Of a stretch of 64,000 nt of DNA, positions 11,784 to 23,404 are shown in pieces. A model generated the notes under the pieces. It was not told where the DNA came from. It saw only the letters and a list, made by a program, of their open reading frames with translations, and made no database searches. Source of the stretch: Cyanidioschyzon merolae (Eukaryota); the NCBI GenBank assembly GCA_000091205.1, contig AP006493.2. The stretch is one strand, 5' to 3'. The position numbers and the translations under genes were made by a program. Positions within the stretch are counted from its first letter, which is position 1. Every line of letters starts with the position of its first letter.

Positions 11784-13604
11784 ATGATGCGCTCTCGTTT
11801 CTCGCGGCAACAAAAGGTGTACCTTCCGGTTATAGGGGGTATGCTGTGCCTCCTGGCGCTGGCCGGGACTAGCACCACGGCCGCCACCCTCTGTGACTAC
11901 TGTTCTCAAATCGGTCGTGCGTGTAACATCACTTTGGGTCAGTGCGTGCCGTGCACGCCAACGAGCGGTTGCACAGAGCGACAAGTCTGTAACACGAATA
12001 CGGGGATATGTGCGGTGAAGGACTTGTTCCATCCGTTCCTATGGTCAGACGGTGTGCTCATTGTCTTGGTGTTCCTGGCTACGGGTCTCTCGAACGCTGG
12101 TGGTATCGGCGGTGGCATCCTGTTGGTGCCATTGCTTTCCCTATTTGCCGGTTTTACGCTGAAAAACGCGAGTGCGAATGCACAGCCGCTCATTTTCGGG
12201 GCATCTATTGCGAACGCAATGGTGAATGTGCCGCGCCGGCACGCAGCTCGCGATACCCCTCGTATTGACTGGAACCTCGTTGCCTGCACCGTGCCGTTTT
12301 TTCTAATGGGAACCACCCCAGGCACGTTCATGAATCAAGCTTTTCCCAGCTACTTCACAGCGTTTGTACTTGCATTGTTGCTCTCAGTGCTGTCAGTGCA
12401 AAGTGCTCTCTTTGGTCTGCGGTTACTGCGCGAACGCCTTCAGGAGCGCCACAAGAACGCCGCCGATGAGCAGACGTGGAAGGCGGAAGCTGCAGGAAAC
12501 GCCGCCGATGATACATTGAGCTCGCGTGTGTCCTCGCCATCTGTTGCGGAAACCGCGATTCCCGTACAATCTAACGAAGTCGACGACTGCGGGCGCGACG
12601 CCACGGATGCCACGAAGCCGTCTGCAGACCGTGCATCGGCCGAGCGGCCAGATTCTTCGGATCCGCACTTGAATCATGAGTCTAGGGGTAACGGGTGCTG
12701 CTCTGCTGCTAACGCAAGCAACGCAGTCGACAGCAGTGATGTCCATGCGACAGGCAGCGAGACAGCTGCGTCCTCGCCGTCTAACAACGTGCATCCGCTC
12801 CGACCTGGCCGGTCGCGGTTCTTATGCTACCTGGATCCACTTCTGTGTGCGCAATCGCGGGAGGAATTGCTCGCAGCCGAGCGACCCTGGTTCCAGTGGC
12901 GATACATGCTCTTCCTGTTGGCATGTTGGTTGGTTCTTTTCATCATCCAAATATTATCCGGAAGTGCCGAGAAGCATTCGCCAGTGGGTGCGCCTCTTTG
13001 TGGAGCGGTCTACTGGATCCTTTTTGCTATTCAGGAATCGGTGCTTTTTGCTATGGGATGCTTCACCATCTGGCGTAATTTGTCTTTGAATAGATTGCGC
13101 GATCGACTGGGATATCCGTGGTACTCGAAAAACGGTCTCGGTGATATCCGGTGGACCAGGGCGCTGATCTTCGGATATCCCGTATGGGCCTTCATTGCCG
13201 GAGTTTTCGGTTCTTGGGTCGGCATTGGAGGAAGCTCGCTGCTGATTCCGTTTCTGAACCTTGTCGGACGAGCAGATCCGGCTACCGTCCAGTCGAGTAT
13301 GTCGCTCTCGAACCTCTTGGGCAGTGCCTCCGGCGCCTTTGTGTATCTGGCCCAGGGCCGCCTCAATATTTCCTATGGACTCTTCTTCGGCCTGTTCGCT
13401 CTTCTAGGCAGTTACACTGGAGTCTGGATGGTATATTTTCTCGTGGAACGCTATCAAATCCGGGCGCTTTTTGTTTTTGCGCTCACGATCTGTTTCGTAA
13501 CGGCACTTGGAGCGATTCTATACATTGCGATTCGGAATACGCTTGGCGTTGAGGCTGCCGGCGTCGGTTGGGTATTTACGAACATTTGCGCCTATGTCGG
13601 TTAA
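11784..13604 (+). CDS. TauE/SafE (TSUP, DUF81) family membrane permease with a long hydrophilic central loop
   Basis: It has GGIGGGILLVPLL and later GIGGSSLLIPFL, the duplicated TSUP signature. There are multiple TM helices and a low-complexity acidic/Ser-rich insert between the two halves. Confidence 0.75.
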   Translation: MMRSRFSRQQKVYLPVIGGMLCLLALAGTSTTAATLCDYCSQIGRACNITLGQCVPCTPTSGCTERQVCNTNTGICAVKDLFHPFLWSDGVLIVLVFLATGLSNAGGIGGGILLVPLLSLFAGFTLKNASANAQPLIFGASIANAMVNVPRRHAARDTPRIDWNLVACTVPFFLMGTTPGTFMNQAFPSYFTAFVLALLLSVLSVQSALFGLRLLRERLQERHKNAADEQTWKAEAAGNAADDTLSSRVSSPSVAETAIPVQSNEVDDCGRDATDATKPSADRASAERPDSSDPHLNHESRGNGCCSAANASNAVDSSDVHATGSETAASSPSNNVHPLRPGRSRFLCYLDPLLCAQSREELLAAERPWFQWRYMLFLLACWLVLFIIQILSGSAEKHSPVGAPLCGAVYWILFAIQESVLFAMGCFTIWRNLSLNRLRDRLGYPWYSKNGLGDIRWTRALIFGYPVWAFIAGVFGSWVGIGGSSLLIPFLNLVGRADPATVQSSMSLSNLLGSASGAFVYLAQGRLNISYGLFFGLFALLGSYTGVWMVYFLVERYQIRALFVFALTICFVTALGAILYIAIRNTLGVEAAGVGWVFTNICAYVG

Positions 13605-15109
13605 AGACTGGTGCTCAGTTGTTCAAGGCAGCGAGCGCGTACGCCATATCCAGCAGGAAACGAATTGCATGCACAGCGCCTAGGCAAGGTGACGTCTGGT
13701 GCGTGTTTTGCTCCTGACGCCAAGCGCTGACGCGATCTCGAGCCGGCAACGAATCGCTTGCCCAGCGTCTACAGAGGCTGAGCTCTCGAGTTTGTTTTGC
13801 TCATTAGAGAGCCAACGCTTCAGTGATCTGCAGTAGGCAACGAACCAGGTACATAGCGTCCAAAGCCATTGCGTGAAAAACACATTGATGCATTTGCAAG
13901 AAACTGCCGTCGACAAGAGCACTGTCGTCGTGTCCAAGCTTAGCGCCCAGCGCTTTCCCGTAAACCTGCGTCAGGCGTTCAGTCTTTGCTATTATCACTG
14001 TGCAGGGTCAGAGCGGAAGAGAGTAGCCGGACAGCACCTGCTCTGCTGAGCTTATCTGAAGGTATACCTGCTGCCCGAATGCAATAGAACCGGTCCTCGA
14101 ATTCTGATGTATAAACAAAGTTTCGGGTCTCTTGCCAATGCCATCAACTTCGGTCGTTGTGAGCTTTGTTCTCAAACCGCTTGCTTTTCTTTTCCCTGGT
14201 CTTTAGCTTTCAATACTTCTGTTAATTCTTTTCTTCACAGCTCCGTTATCAACAGTTGAAGGATGCTGATGGCAGTGTCAGAGCCCTAATATCGCAGCTT
14301 TCAGCTGTTTTCATTGCACTTGCCGCACAGACTCTAGTTCCGATCGGAGCTCCGCTTGAGATGTTCTTTTTCTTTGTTTACATCGTGAGTGCACCCCTGT
14401 CAGCGGTGGCCTTTGACCATGGTGAGCTGTTCGCGTACCTGCACTACACTTTTTCTGAGCGTCGGCATGTGGCGCGTTAGGGCCTGCTTTATCGTGGAAT
14501 ACATCGCGTTCTCGGTTCCAGAACACTACGCGCCATATCCTACCCCAATTACTTACTGCATTCCGCGTCATATGATCACGGGCTCGCACTGAGCGATGCC
14601 ATCGGCGAGTACGCTGTATCACCGAGGCGCAAGCGCAATCGGCTCCATTTGCCGAAGGATTTGTGGATGACGATGTTGCCCACGGTGAATCAAGCACCGG
14701 TTGGTAAACCCAAGCTCGAGAACAAGTCGAGAAATTTCGATCCGTCTACCCTCTCATCGTAGAAAGCAGAGACGCACTCTCCACGGAAAGCGATCGCGGC
14801 GCTAGCTAAATCCCGAGTCCGGGACCTTTTTCCGTATGAACGGTTGGGACGGTAGCCTCTTCGAAAATAACCCCGTGAGAGGTATCATGCTGGTGTCGAA
14901 ATGTACACCGCCGATGGCAAAAACAAGAGGAGAATTTGGCTTTCGACTGGAATCGATTATTTGAGGTGAAATGTTTAGAGAACTTTCGGCATGCGCCTAT
15001 GAAGATGTCTTCAAGGGACGACGTCTGGTATTGTATCCCGTAAATCCAGCCGCGCACATTGATGCGCTTACGAACTGCCTTGACACCCAAATACCGAAAA
15101 CATGACGAA

Positions 15110-15260
15110 TGAGTGATTTCAGCATGCTGCACATAAGGAACGGAGGAGTGTGGAGGCTTGTACGCATATCATTGGGCAATGGTATCCGATAATTTTGCGA
15201 TCCCTTGTTTAGAGGTGTCGCGCAACATCTTGATTCCGTGGTCGTTACGAATCCAGTCGG
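15110..15260. repeat. Dispersed repeat family B, copy 1 (homologous to ~22185-22325)
   Basis: The nucleotide blocks 'agcatgctgcac...ttttacgaa/ttttgcgat cccttgtt(t/c)gagg(t/g)gtcgcg(c/a)a...tgattccg(t/g)g' are shared, at about 75-80% identity over ~140 bp in the same orientation. Confidence 0.55.
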
Positions 15261-15849
15261 CAAAAGGGCAAAGAGGCCTTTCCGAATAGACGAAAGCAAG
15301 TCCTAAAACCAAGTCGGCATCCTTTAGCTGTTAGTGCTCCACCTCGACTGTCGTGGCTGCACATCTGCAAAATTTCTGTTATTCGAAACGCAGGAACAGA
15401 TTGAGCGGGTCAGTGCTCCGATTGAAGTCCACAGAGGTTTAACGTGGAAAGGCTGCTTGAATCGAATATCCCGGGGCCTTTTTTCGCAAATCCTTTTTTC
15501 ATGTACGCAAGTATCTTGGACGCACCCGTGTTCCAGCAGACCAGCGTCGCAGATGCAGTGGTTGTACTATTCGATAGGAACCAAGCAAGCGCAGGTACCA
15601 TATTCCATAATTGTTTCCTCGGTTCGGGTATCAAGGCCCCTGAGGCCATTTGCAAGGGTTCTGATCTTTGCCAGACAAAACCTTCTATGCCCGCTTGCAG
15701 CGGATACCGTACCTCGGCAGCGCGACGCTCCGGACAGCGCGTCGACTGCATATGTCTTACAGAGACAAGGCCGTCTCGCCACAGTGCTGCGGGTGTCAGT
15801 TGTGGGCCACTAGCCGGCAACGGGGCACGTACGTGTTCGCCTTCCAATT

Positions 15850-16125
15850 TTCTCCGTTGACAAAACGTTTCCTTCGGCCAGCGTTCTCAGATTACGCGCA
15901 TTTTTTTTCTTGGTTCTTTATGTTTTTTTTTCAGTGCACGGTGCAGTATACATCAAACGCCCTACTTCTAAGTTACATTAGCTATACTTCTTCTCTGATA
16001 TTCTGGTCGTTTCATATGTCCTATCATGTGTGCCTTGTGCCTCCCGAAAGCGACAGCAATGGCGCCTATAGCGCCGGTGCGGTCGCTGCACTTAGACAGA
16101 ACGGCGTTGCCGCACCATACAGAGG
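15850..16125. repeat. Dispersed repeat family D, copy 1 (~280 bp SINE/MITE-like element; other copies ~41535-41805 and, inverted, ~62560-62815)
   Basis: The shared core is 'gacaaaacg...attacgcgcatttttttt...cagtgcacggtgcagtatacatcaaacgccctacttctaagttacattagctatacttcttctc(t/g)gatattctggtcgtt...gcgcctatagcgccggtgcggtc'. The three copies are about 80-85% identical, and the third is in reverse orientation. Confidence 0.7.
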
Positions 16126-16623
16126 GCGTCGGCTCGAGGGTTCGCCTTCCAATGCCCTGCGTGTGGCTCCAGGTTGGAATCCTGCACGCTATGGTAACGC
16201 TCTGCACAGGAGCTCCATAAATGTGCTATCTTGTACATATATAGGTAGTTTCAAGCCAGTGCATGATGCAGATGCCATGGACATACACCGCGCTGCGGTG
16301 TCGGCGCTTTGCGGACACCAGCGGTTCGCGCCAGATTGCAACAGTTGATTTCCCTTCGTTAAGTAAGGGAATTGCCTTATGCGCAGCGTAGATATTTTCG
16401 CCGCCGTTGGCGCACGACGGGCACACGAGACCCTATCCATCTCCCCGCAGAGATTGAGGATTATCGGAGAGGCCTCTCCAGACGTTTTGGATTCTGTTAA
16501 ACAACGAAGCGGCTTGAGCTGCTGGAGCGCTTACTCAACTGACTATTGGTTACTTTCTGGTTAAGTTTGGGTATTATTTAACTTATCTGTGGGAGCAAAC
16601 AAGAGACACGAGTTGCGCGTCGC

Positions 16624-17280
16624 GTGCCAGGCGCTATGAACCAGGGCGGTGCACTCGGAGGGCAGGCGGGCGTTTCACGTACGAACCCTCCCATGAACGG
16701 CGCGACAAGCGATCAAAGCCACCGGCAGGAAGAGAAACTTCTCCACAAATACGGGAACCTTCCGAACCGGCGAGACATTCTTCAACGAAGGCTGCGTGCG
16801 AACCACTTGCACGAACGAAAGTTTTACGACAGCGCGGATGCGACCCTGGCGAAAGCCGGGCGGGAGAGTGTTGACCAGGTTGGCGAGTTTCATCCGTATG
16901 TGCCGCCGGGGCTGACGCCTCTCACTCGTCGTGGACTGAACGGGACCTGCTCCGCCGACCAGAATAGTGGCGGAAGTTCAGCAGACGAGGGCAGCGATTC
17001 AGTGCACGGTCGCCCCAGGCCGGACGCAACAGCTTCGCTTGCTGGTACCGATGAGATCGGATCGAACGGTGACCGAACGCGACTACCCTCTTTTGGTGCT
17101 GAAATACAGCGAGAAGGCTCAATGGCCTCTTCTGGCTCATCCATCGGTTCCGCTGCAGGCTTCGTTCCGCTTCGGAGAAGTGCCGAAGTGCAGCGCAGTG
17201 AGTTGCCACCTGTTGCTGAGCCGGACTCGGTTGTCCTCGGTTTCCCAGAGCGTCAAAATGAGGAGAGTATCGGCGACTAG
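16624..17280 (+). CDS. Endosulfine / ARPP-19 / Igo1 family protein (PP2A-B55 inhibitor family)
   Basis: KYGNLPNRRDILQRRL...KFYDSADATLAKAG matches the endosulfine core (KYG-LP......L..RL...QKYFDSGDY..AKA). A low-complexity Ser/Gly-rich tail follows. Confidence 0.7.
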   Translation: MPGAMNQGGALGGQAGVSRTNPPMNGATSDQSHRQEEKLLHKYGNLPNRRDILQRRLRANHLHERKFYDSADATLAKAGRESVDQVGEFHPYVPPGLTPLTRRGLNGTCSADQNSGGSSADEGSDSVHGRPRPDATASLAGTDEIGSNGDRTRLPSFGAEIQREGSMASSGSSIGSAAGFVPLRRSAEVQRSELPPVAEPDSVVLGFPERQNEESIGD

Positions 17281-17656
17281 GCAACGAGCATATTCTTGCA
17301 GCGATGTCTAATAGCTCCCGTGTAGGAACGTACTTGCGAACGAAACTATAAATCTAACTGGTCAACTCATGAGTCGTCAGGCTGAGCAATGCAGGCAGAT
17401 GCACTAGCACCAGACCCGCACACAACGGTGCTCTCAGAGGCAGGGCGCAACGCCCAACTCAGCGCGGGAGTGTGCGCCCTATGAAGATGGTCCACTGCAA
17501 ACTAGGCTTGTTCGACGCGCGACTTGCGTTCAGAAGACGCTGCTTAGGCCGCACTGGACTGCACCGCCAAGTCGAAAGTCATCGGTAGCTTCGAGCGCTG
17601 CGTACGCTCCCGCTTCAGCACCGCTGAGCAGAGCGGCTCGCAGCAAAAGCGGAATC

Positions 17657-18169
17657 ATGGGTGAAGCACCAGGCACTCCCAGTCGTTCCGAATACGCAAG
17701 TGCGCCCGGTGCCTCTTTTTCCGAGTCGGAAACGGAGCGAGTGCTGCGTGAGCTGCTTCTCGATGGAAGTTTTGATGATCTTAGGAGTCAAATTCTCGAA
17801 AAGCTACGCACGAGCGGCGAACTGGATACTTTAAGAGTGCAGGCGGAGGCGGTCGCTCAGGGCGCTGTCGAGCGGCACGAGGACGAACTGCAGCGAGCGT
17901 TCCTCACTGCACTTGGTCGCATCGAAGACGCGAGACGAAGTGAGCTGCTGGCACAGATTCGTGCCGAACTTTACCGAGGCGAACTCTCCCGTGTGTTTGA
18001 CCGAAAACTTCGCAGGGTACTCAACCGCGGTGAGTTTGCAGAAAAGGTCTGGCAGAGCCTTTCCCGAGCCTACGCTCGAGTGCACGCGGAGCACGTGCAT
18101 CACACCGAGGCGTCTGGCGATGTTAAGGTCGGTGCAGCAAGTGCAACACAGAAACCCTCTGCGCTGTAG
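17657..18169 (+). CDS. Hypothetical small coiled-coil protein (no family recognised)
   Basis: 170-aa ORF with a heptad-like charged region (LRSQILEKLRTSGELDTLRVQAEAVAQGAVERHEDELQRAF). It sits between two recognised genes on the same strand. Coding status is inferred from ORF length and context only. Confidence 0.35.
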   Translation: MGEAPGTPSRSEYASAPGASFSESETERVLRELLLDGSFDDLRSQILEKLRTSGELDTLRVQAEAVAQGAVERHEDELQRAFLTALGRIEDARRSELLAQIRAELYRGELSRVFDRKLRRVLNRGEFAEKVWQSLSRAYARVHAEHVHHTEASGDVKVGAASATQKPSAL

Positions 18170-18842
18170 CCAGGTCGACGTGCGGCGACGAGCGTTGCGA
18201 ATCGTGCGAGTTTTGCGGTTTCCCAGCGAGCTCTTGGTCGTCACGCGGTCGATTGAGGTGTTTCCATGAACAGAATATATCTATGAAATAACGTTTTCGT
18301 CGAGTGTCTATCAAGGAATTGATACTCGTTTCAGGAGACGCATGGAGTTTCATGCGTGTCCCGGAATGAGACGCGTGGCGCCGTACGACGATGGAACCTG
18401 CGCCGCCCGAAAGTCTGTCCCGAGCCCAGCAACAGCTCGGAATGGCGTGGCATTCTCGGAAAACGAGACCAGGAAAGCGCTCATGGGCTTCGAACGTTCC
18501 CCGTGTTTGCTTTGAGATGGATGCAGTCACAGCCACGCCTCGCCCGCGCTACATGCAGTAGGAGAGAGCGCGTTCACGTCATTGAGGCATGGGCAGTCGA
18601 AACGACGCTGGCGTTGCAACGTCAGCGCACACGCTGTATGAACGTGGCCCTCCTGAGGGTACTACATATCTAGTGCTGCAGCTGTCAATACCGGTTCTGC
18701 GACCGCTGCCGCCAGTCGCTGCTCCCAAGCTACACGGGCGCCCCGGATTCTTTCTTCGTCTGCAGCAGCCCTGCAACAGAATCCGCGCTTGGCATTGGAA
18801 CCCATCCACAACGTGCATCGATCACTTATCAGAGTCGCCAAC

Positions 18843-20711
18843 TCAAGAGTCTCCCGCGCCACTGTTTATTACTGGTTCCAGCTGTGAAGCGACCGGTGAG
18901 CTCCCGGGTGTTAGACAGAGCGTCTGGGGTGCACTGCCTGTGAGATAAATCCTGTTCGCAAAGGAAGAAACTCGCGCAAGTTGCACACTGGGCAACGCCA
19001 ACATGCTCGCAAAGACGTAACCGGTGCAGAAAGCGTCATATCCTGCCGAATGGGCTGCCCTGTCCAACGTAGCACTCTGGGCATCGCCCGAAGCAGCGTC
19101 CGCATGCAACGGAGGCATCGACGCGAAGCGCGCTGCCTCTGCGTTATCATCGCCAGCGACAAACATACTGTTACCCAAGGATGATTGACACGCTGCTGTT
19201 GCTGCTGCTCGACAGCCAGAGACTGGATCATTCGACCGTTTGGGGTAAGTTTCAGGAGGTTTCTGTCCAGCAGACCTGTCCTCGAGGTGTTCCGATTCAT
19301 CCGGAGAGAAACTCGTGACAAACGCATCCACCGATGAAGGCTGCTCCGTTGGCCGTTCTGAAACCGGTATCCCCAAAGATTCACTCAAGTCCAGCGATAT
19401 ATGCTGCGACTTCAGGGTCTCGCAGATGGCTGCGGGACTCGTGTCCAGGGTACATGCACTCTCCATCTCTCGCACAGCGTGCCCGCCGTTGGGTTGGCAT
19501 GCCTCTACTGCAACTGCTTCATCGAAGCCGTCACCTGTTTCAGTTTTTGAAGCTTCATCTGCGTCAATGATTTGATCGATGTCGTGAGAGAAACGACAGT
19601 CTCCATCCAAGCGGCAATGTCCTGAACGCGCATACCGCTTGCAGACTCGAGGGATCGCAGCGGGAGAAGCTGCGGCTCGCGACCCATAAATTGTCGCTTT
19701 CTTGGAGACGTAACCGGGCGCTGCGAGCTCCGGAAATTCTATCCGGACACCTCGTTGGGTCCGAAACCATCGACGCTCATATTTGCGAAAGACGTACTCC
19801 AGATATGCGGGACAATCACGTAGACGTGCGGGCACGAACTCTCCCAGCACTCTCGTATCGAAAAAGTAGCCGGGACACCGCGTTGCTAGCTGCGTCCTGA
19901 ATTCTTCGACGCTCGGCGGTAGCGGCGCTTCGAACGCCGCAAACATAAGCAACAGATCATAGAGTCCGTTGTGGAAAATGACGGGTTTACCGCTGCCCAG
20001 GAGGACGCTCAGTACATGCAGCGGCTCGGCCGCGGGCTGCGCTGTCGAGTTGCATCCACGATGCCTCTGGGTCCGGCGACGAAGACGCTTGGGCTCTGGT
20101 GTGCGCTCGGCACCCAAGCCGCGTTCGCGGGCAACGCTGATATGACCGAAACCCGACTGAGACGCTGCATCCTCGGTTGTGCCTCCAGGAGCTGGCACTG
20201 CACGAGCTGCCTCATGGAGCGCGTCTTCAGCAGCAGCGACGCGCCGGTACGGAATCCCGTGTGCGAACACTCTGTTAAAGTCCATACCATGCCGTACCAA
20301 AAAAGCTGCAGTATCACCGGATATCGTAAAAGCATCCTGACAGTGAAAGTAAAACTCCAAGACGTGGGCCTGATAGGCACAGACTGCTGGCACTTGCACC
20401 TGAAGCGCTTCCCGGTCCGCGGTTACCTCACTGAGGCCGCAAATCGCTCTGTGCAGCTCCTCGCACTTGGCGGTGAAGCAAACGATCCCGACTGAGAAAA
20501 TTGCGCTCGTCCCCGCTAAGCGGCGAAGGGCTTCATAGCGTACACTGAGGTCCGCAGAGTGGACCGCGGGATCCTCGCCAGTTCCTGAAAACTCTACGTC
20601 AACAGCCAGGAACGTGCAGTGGCGAAGACATTGGCCAAGCGCTTCGAGACCATCTCGATGATTCCGCCTATCAAAGCGGTAACACCTGCAACCAAAAGAG
20701 TCAGACCGCAT
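18843..20711 (-). CDS. CAF1/PARN-family 3'-5' deadenylase with a CCCH zinc finger (TOE1/PARN-like)
   Basis: The N-terminus has FLAVDVEFSGTG (the CAF1 DEDD start), then FHNGLYDLLLMFAAFEAPLPPSVEEF...FFDTRVL (PARN-like motif), followed by the C3H1 finger CKRYARSGHCRLDGDCRFSHD and a long disordered C-terminus. Confidence 0.7.
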   Translation of the reverse strand: MRSDSFGCRCYRFDRRNHRDGLEALGQCLRHCTFLAVDVEFSGTGEDPAVHSADLSVRYEALRRLAGTSAIFSVGIVCFTAKCEELHRAICGLSEVTADREALQVQVPAVCAYQAHVLEFYFHCQDAFTISGDTAAFLVRHGMDFNRVFAHGIPYRRVAAAEDALHEAARAVPAPGGTTEDAASQSGFGHISVARERGLGAERTPEPKRLRRRTQRHRGCNSTAQPAAEPLHVLSVLLGSGKPVIFHNGLYDLLLMFAAFEAPLPPSVEEFRTQLATRCPGYFFDTRVLGEFVPARLRDCPAYLEYVFRKYERRWFRTQRGVRIEFPELAAPGYVSKKATIYGSRAAASPAAIPRVCKRYARSGHCRLDGDCRFSHDIDQIIDADEASKTETGDGFDEAVAVEACQPNGGHAVREMESACTLDTSPAAICETLKSQHISLDLSESLGIPVSERPTEQPSSVDAFVTSFSPDESEHLEDRSAGQKPPETYPKRSNDPVSGCRAAATAACQSSLGNSMFVAGDDNAEAARFASMPPLHADAASGDAQSATLDRAAHSAGYDAFCTGYVFASMLALPSVQLARVSSFANRIYLTGSAPQTLCLTPGSSPVASQLEPVINSGAGDS

Positions 20712-22184
20712 ACAGCGGAGGCGCTTGCCCTAGACAATATGCACAACAACGACCTTGACCGAATGCAACTGACGTGCAGCGAATGTGTTGTTGCAGCGCT
20801 GCCTGGTACTCCGCATCTCCACTGGATGCCGTTGCTGTGAGTTGGCGTCTTGGAAGAGCGGATATGAGCTGCTGCATCGAGAAATGTGAGTGTGTGTTTC
20901 AAATCGGTTCGTATTTCAGAGGAAAATCTCGTTCACGTTGCTTGAGGCTTCCATACGGTGATCTCTGTTGGCAGGCTTTAGTTTGCAGGTGCCGCGGAGA
21001 AGAAGTCGTTTGGGAAACGGGAGAATTTGTTCAAACCTCTTCAAAACAGTATTAGGCGCTGCTTTGGAACGAAGCAAGGCCTCATAAGGAAAACAAGAAT
21101 TTCGCTTGAACGCGTTTAGAGAGCACTCCACCGCCGTCTGAATAACATGGATAGCGTCCAATCTGCGAACTCGGGTGTCCCGTCCAGTAGTTTGGGCCAC
21201 TTGCCACTGTCATCAACACCTGCCTTCGCGGACCTTTTAGCGTCTGCTTCCTGTGCCTCTGTCTCATTTCCGGACTTTAATATGTCGGTTTCTCCTGTGC
21301 GTCGAGCGCTGTTTTCAGCAGTCGAAGAATGTTGAGGGCATCGCTAGAGTTTTGATTTCGTTGCTTCCCGTTATAGTCTACCCCTTCCAGGTACAGCGCA
21401 GAGTGCGATCCCGCTTCGTTTGCTGCTCTTGTCTTCTTTCTATACAGGCATGGTGCGCCCTTCGCAGCGGTGACGCTTAACTGTGGTCAGATGTTCGACG
21501 ACGTCCACCATTCTTCTTCCATGAGCCACACTGTCGCGAGTGGATGTTTTCGCCATCGCGCAGTGCATCTTTTTGACGAGTACAGTATCCTGCTCCTGGC
21601 AAACTTCTCCGTTTTGGTGCCCACTGCCTTGAACGCCAATCACGGGCTCCTGATGGATGATGTCCACCCGCAGCGAGAACGCTTTCTGCTGAATGCACCA
21701 GCGCACGCTGTTCCATTCGATAATGGGCTCCTAGAAAGCAATATATTGTCCACGATGACATAACGATCGGAAGGAAAACCCAGGCTGGAGAACAGTTCGT
21801 GACATTTTGAACCGTCGACGCTACACTCACGCAAAACGGTGACGCATTCTGAACTCGTAGCGATCTCTGTGATGACTCAGTTCCGTGTTCAAGACCTTTC
21901 TCCATGCAAACAGTAGAGATGTGAGCACTCAGGGCCGTATTCAGTCGAAAATATTCTGCCGCTGTGAAATCGTGGTTCTTCGCTGGACTCGAAAAAGGCA
22001 GGATTCGTCATTGGAACGGAACATATTATTGAACGAGAGCAGTGCAGCGGGCTTTCGGCATGTGCTTGTGGACGAGTCGTCAAAGGCCGACTCGGAGTCG
22101 TTTTCCCTGTCAACATGGTGGCGCGCGTTGCTGTGCTCGGTAGATTTCCTGAAACAGAAGGATCAAAAAGCTAGGAGATTGCTT

Positions 22185-22325
22185 GATTTGAGCATGCTGC
22201 ACCTGAGGGAAGGAGATATGTGGATGCATGTAGGATAGATCTGGGTAACGATATCGGTTATTTTACGAACCCTTGTTCGAGGGCGTCGCGAATCATCCTG
22301 ATTCCGGTGACGTAGCGAATTTTAG
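22185..22325. repeat. Dispersed repeat family B, copy 2
   Basis: See copy 1 at ~15110-15260. Confidence 0.55.
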
Positions 22326-23404
22326 CGGTAAAGACATGAAAGCGTAACACCGAAAAGAAGAATGAGAATCCAAGAGCATTATGAATCCATAAACTCTTAT
22401 TGTTCCACTTCGAATGCTGAGTCTGTACATCTAAAAATAGCTCAGGGAAAAATCAAGGGGCAGAAAAAGAGCGTGCATTTCCATACTCTACGGTGTCGTG
22501 ACTAGAGAAGCAATTGCGTTATGCAGTAATTCTAATCTTTCGGAAGGGGAATTCTTCTAAAGCTCCCGTCGATACCTGCAACGGGAAAGCGTTTCGTGAA
22601 CGTGAACCTCATAGATCACCACGGTGCACCGCATGATGCTCTATTTCAACGAAAAGCTCTGTGATCAATGAGCTGAAACCATGAATACCCGTGAGAGTCT
22701 CGAAAAGCTGGCCACGGAAGCCTCTTCTCATATTCTGAAGAATCCTACGAGCAAGCGTCCCGCTCTACTCAAGCAGCCACGGCTCTCTCCGCCACGAACA
22801 TTCGAGGCGTTTTTTCATTGATCAAGGAGCAGCATCTGCACGAGTAACCGGTCAAACGGCAAGCTGGCGTGCACGGGTTCCGCTCTGCCGAAAAAACAAC
22901 AAGCTCCCCAGCAAGCGAACGCTGTGAGCACTCGCAGATCCATCGCATAGCATCTGCTGCGCTTCGGCATGATCCAACCCAAACTCACTTCTCCCTGGCA
23001 AGCTCATCGCTTCTGCAAGGTCGAACGCGTTGCAGCGACGCCGTCCGCAAGAAAACTGTGAGAAAACGAACGGACCACTACGTTTCTCTCGAGAGTTTCA
23101 GGCAGCAAACTGAACCGCACCCTACGTCGCAACAATATTTGCGATAGACGTTCCTGTATGTCATACATCATGCCAAAACTTGCTCTCATTCCGTTTCCTT
23201 GTCCTCGCCAAAGGCCGCCGCAGTCCCCTAGGCTGCTGCTCCCCAGACTCGTGGAGTTGCGTTGCGCTGAAACGTCTGAGGGCGCGGCGGGCGCCGTATG
23301 CAGCAGGCCCGGCATCGAACTCGAAAAAGTCTAGAGTTCAGTGCTTGGGATGCCTGTAGTCGTAGGTTGGTTCTCCAGAACGCCCCACTGTTCAGCAGAG
23401 TGCC

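Noticed and set aside
15230-15265. tRNA-like T-arm 'gtcgttacgaatccag' and other GTTCGAATC-like strings scanned across the intergenic regions
   Set aside because: No candidate gave a complete cloverleaf with matching acceptor or T stems. I call no tRNA genes.
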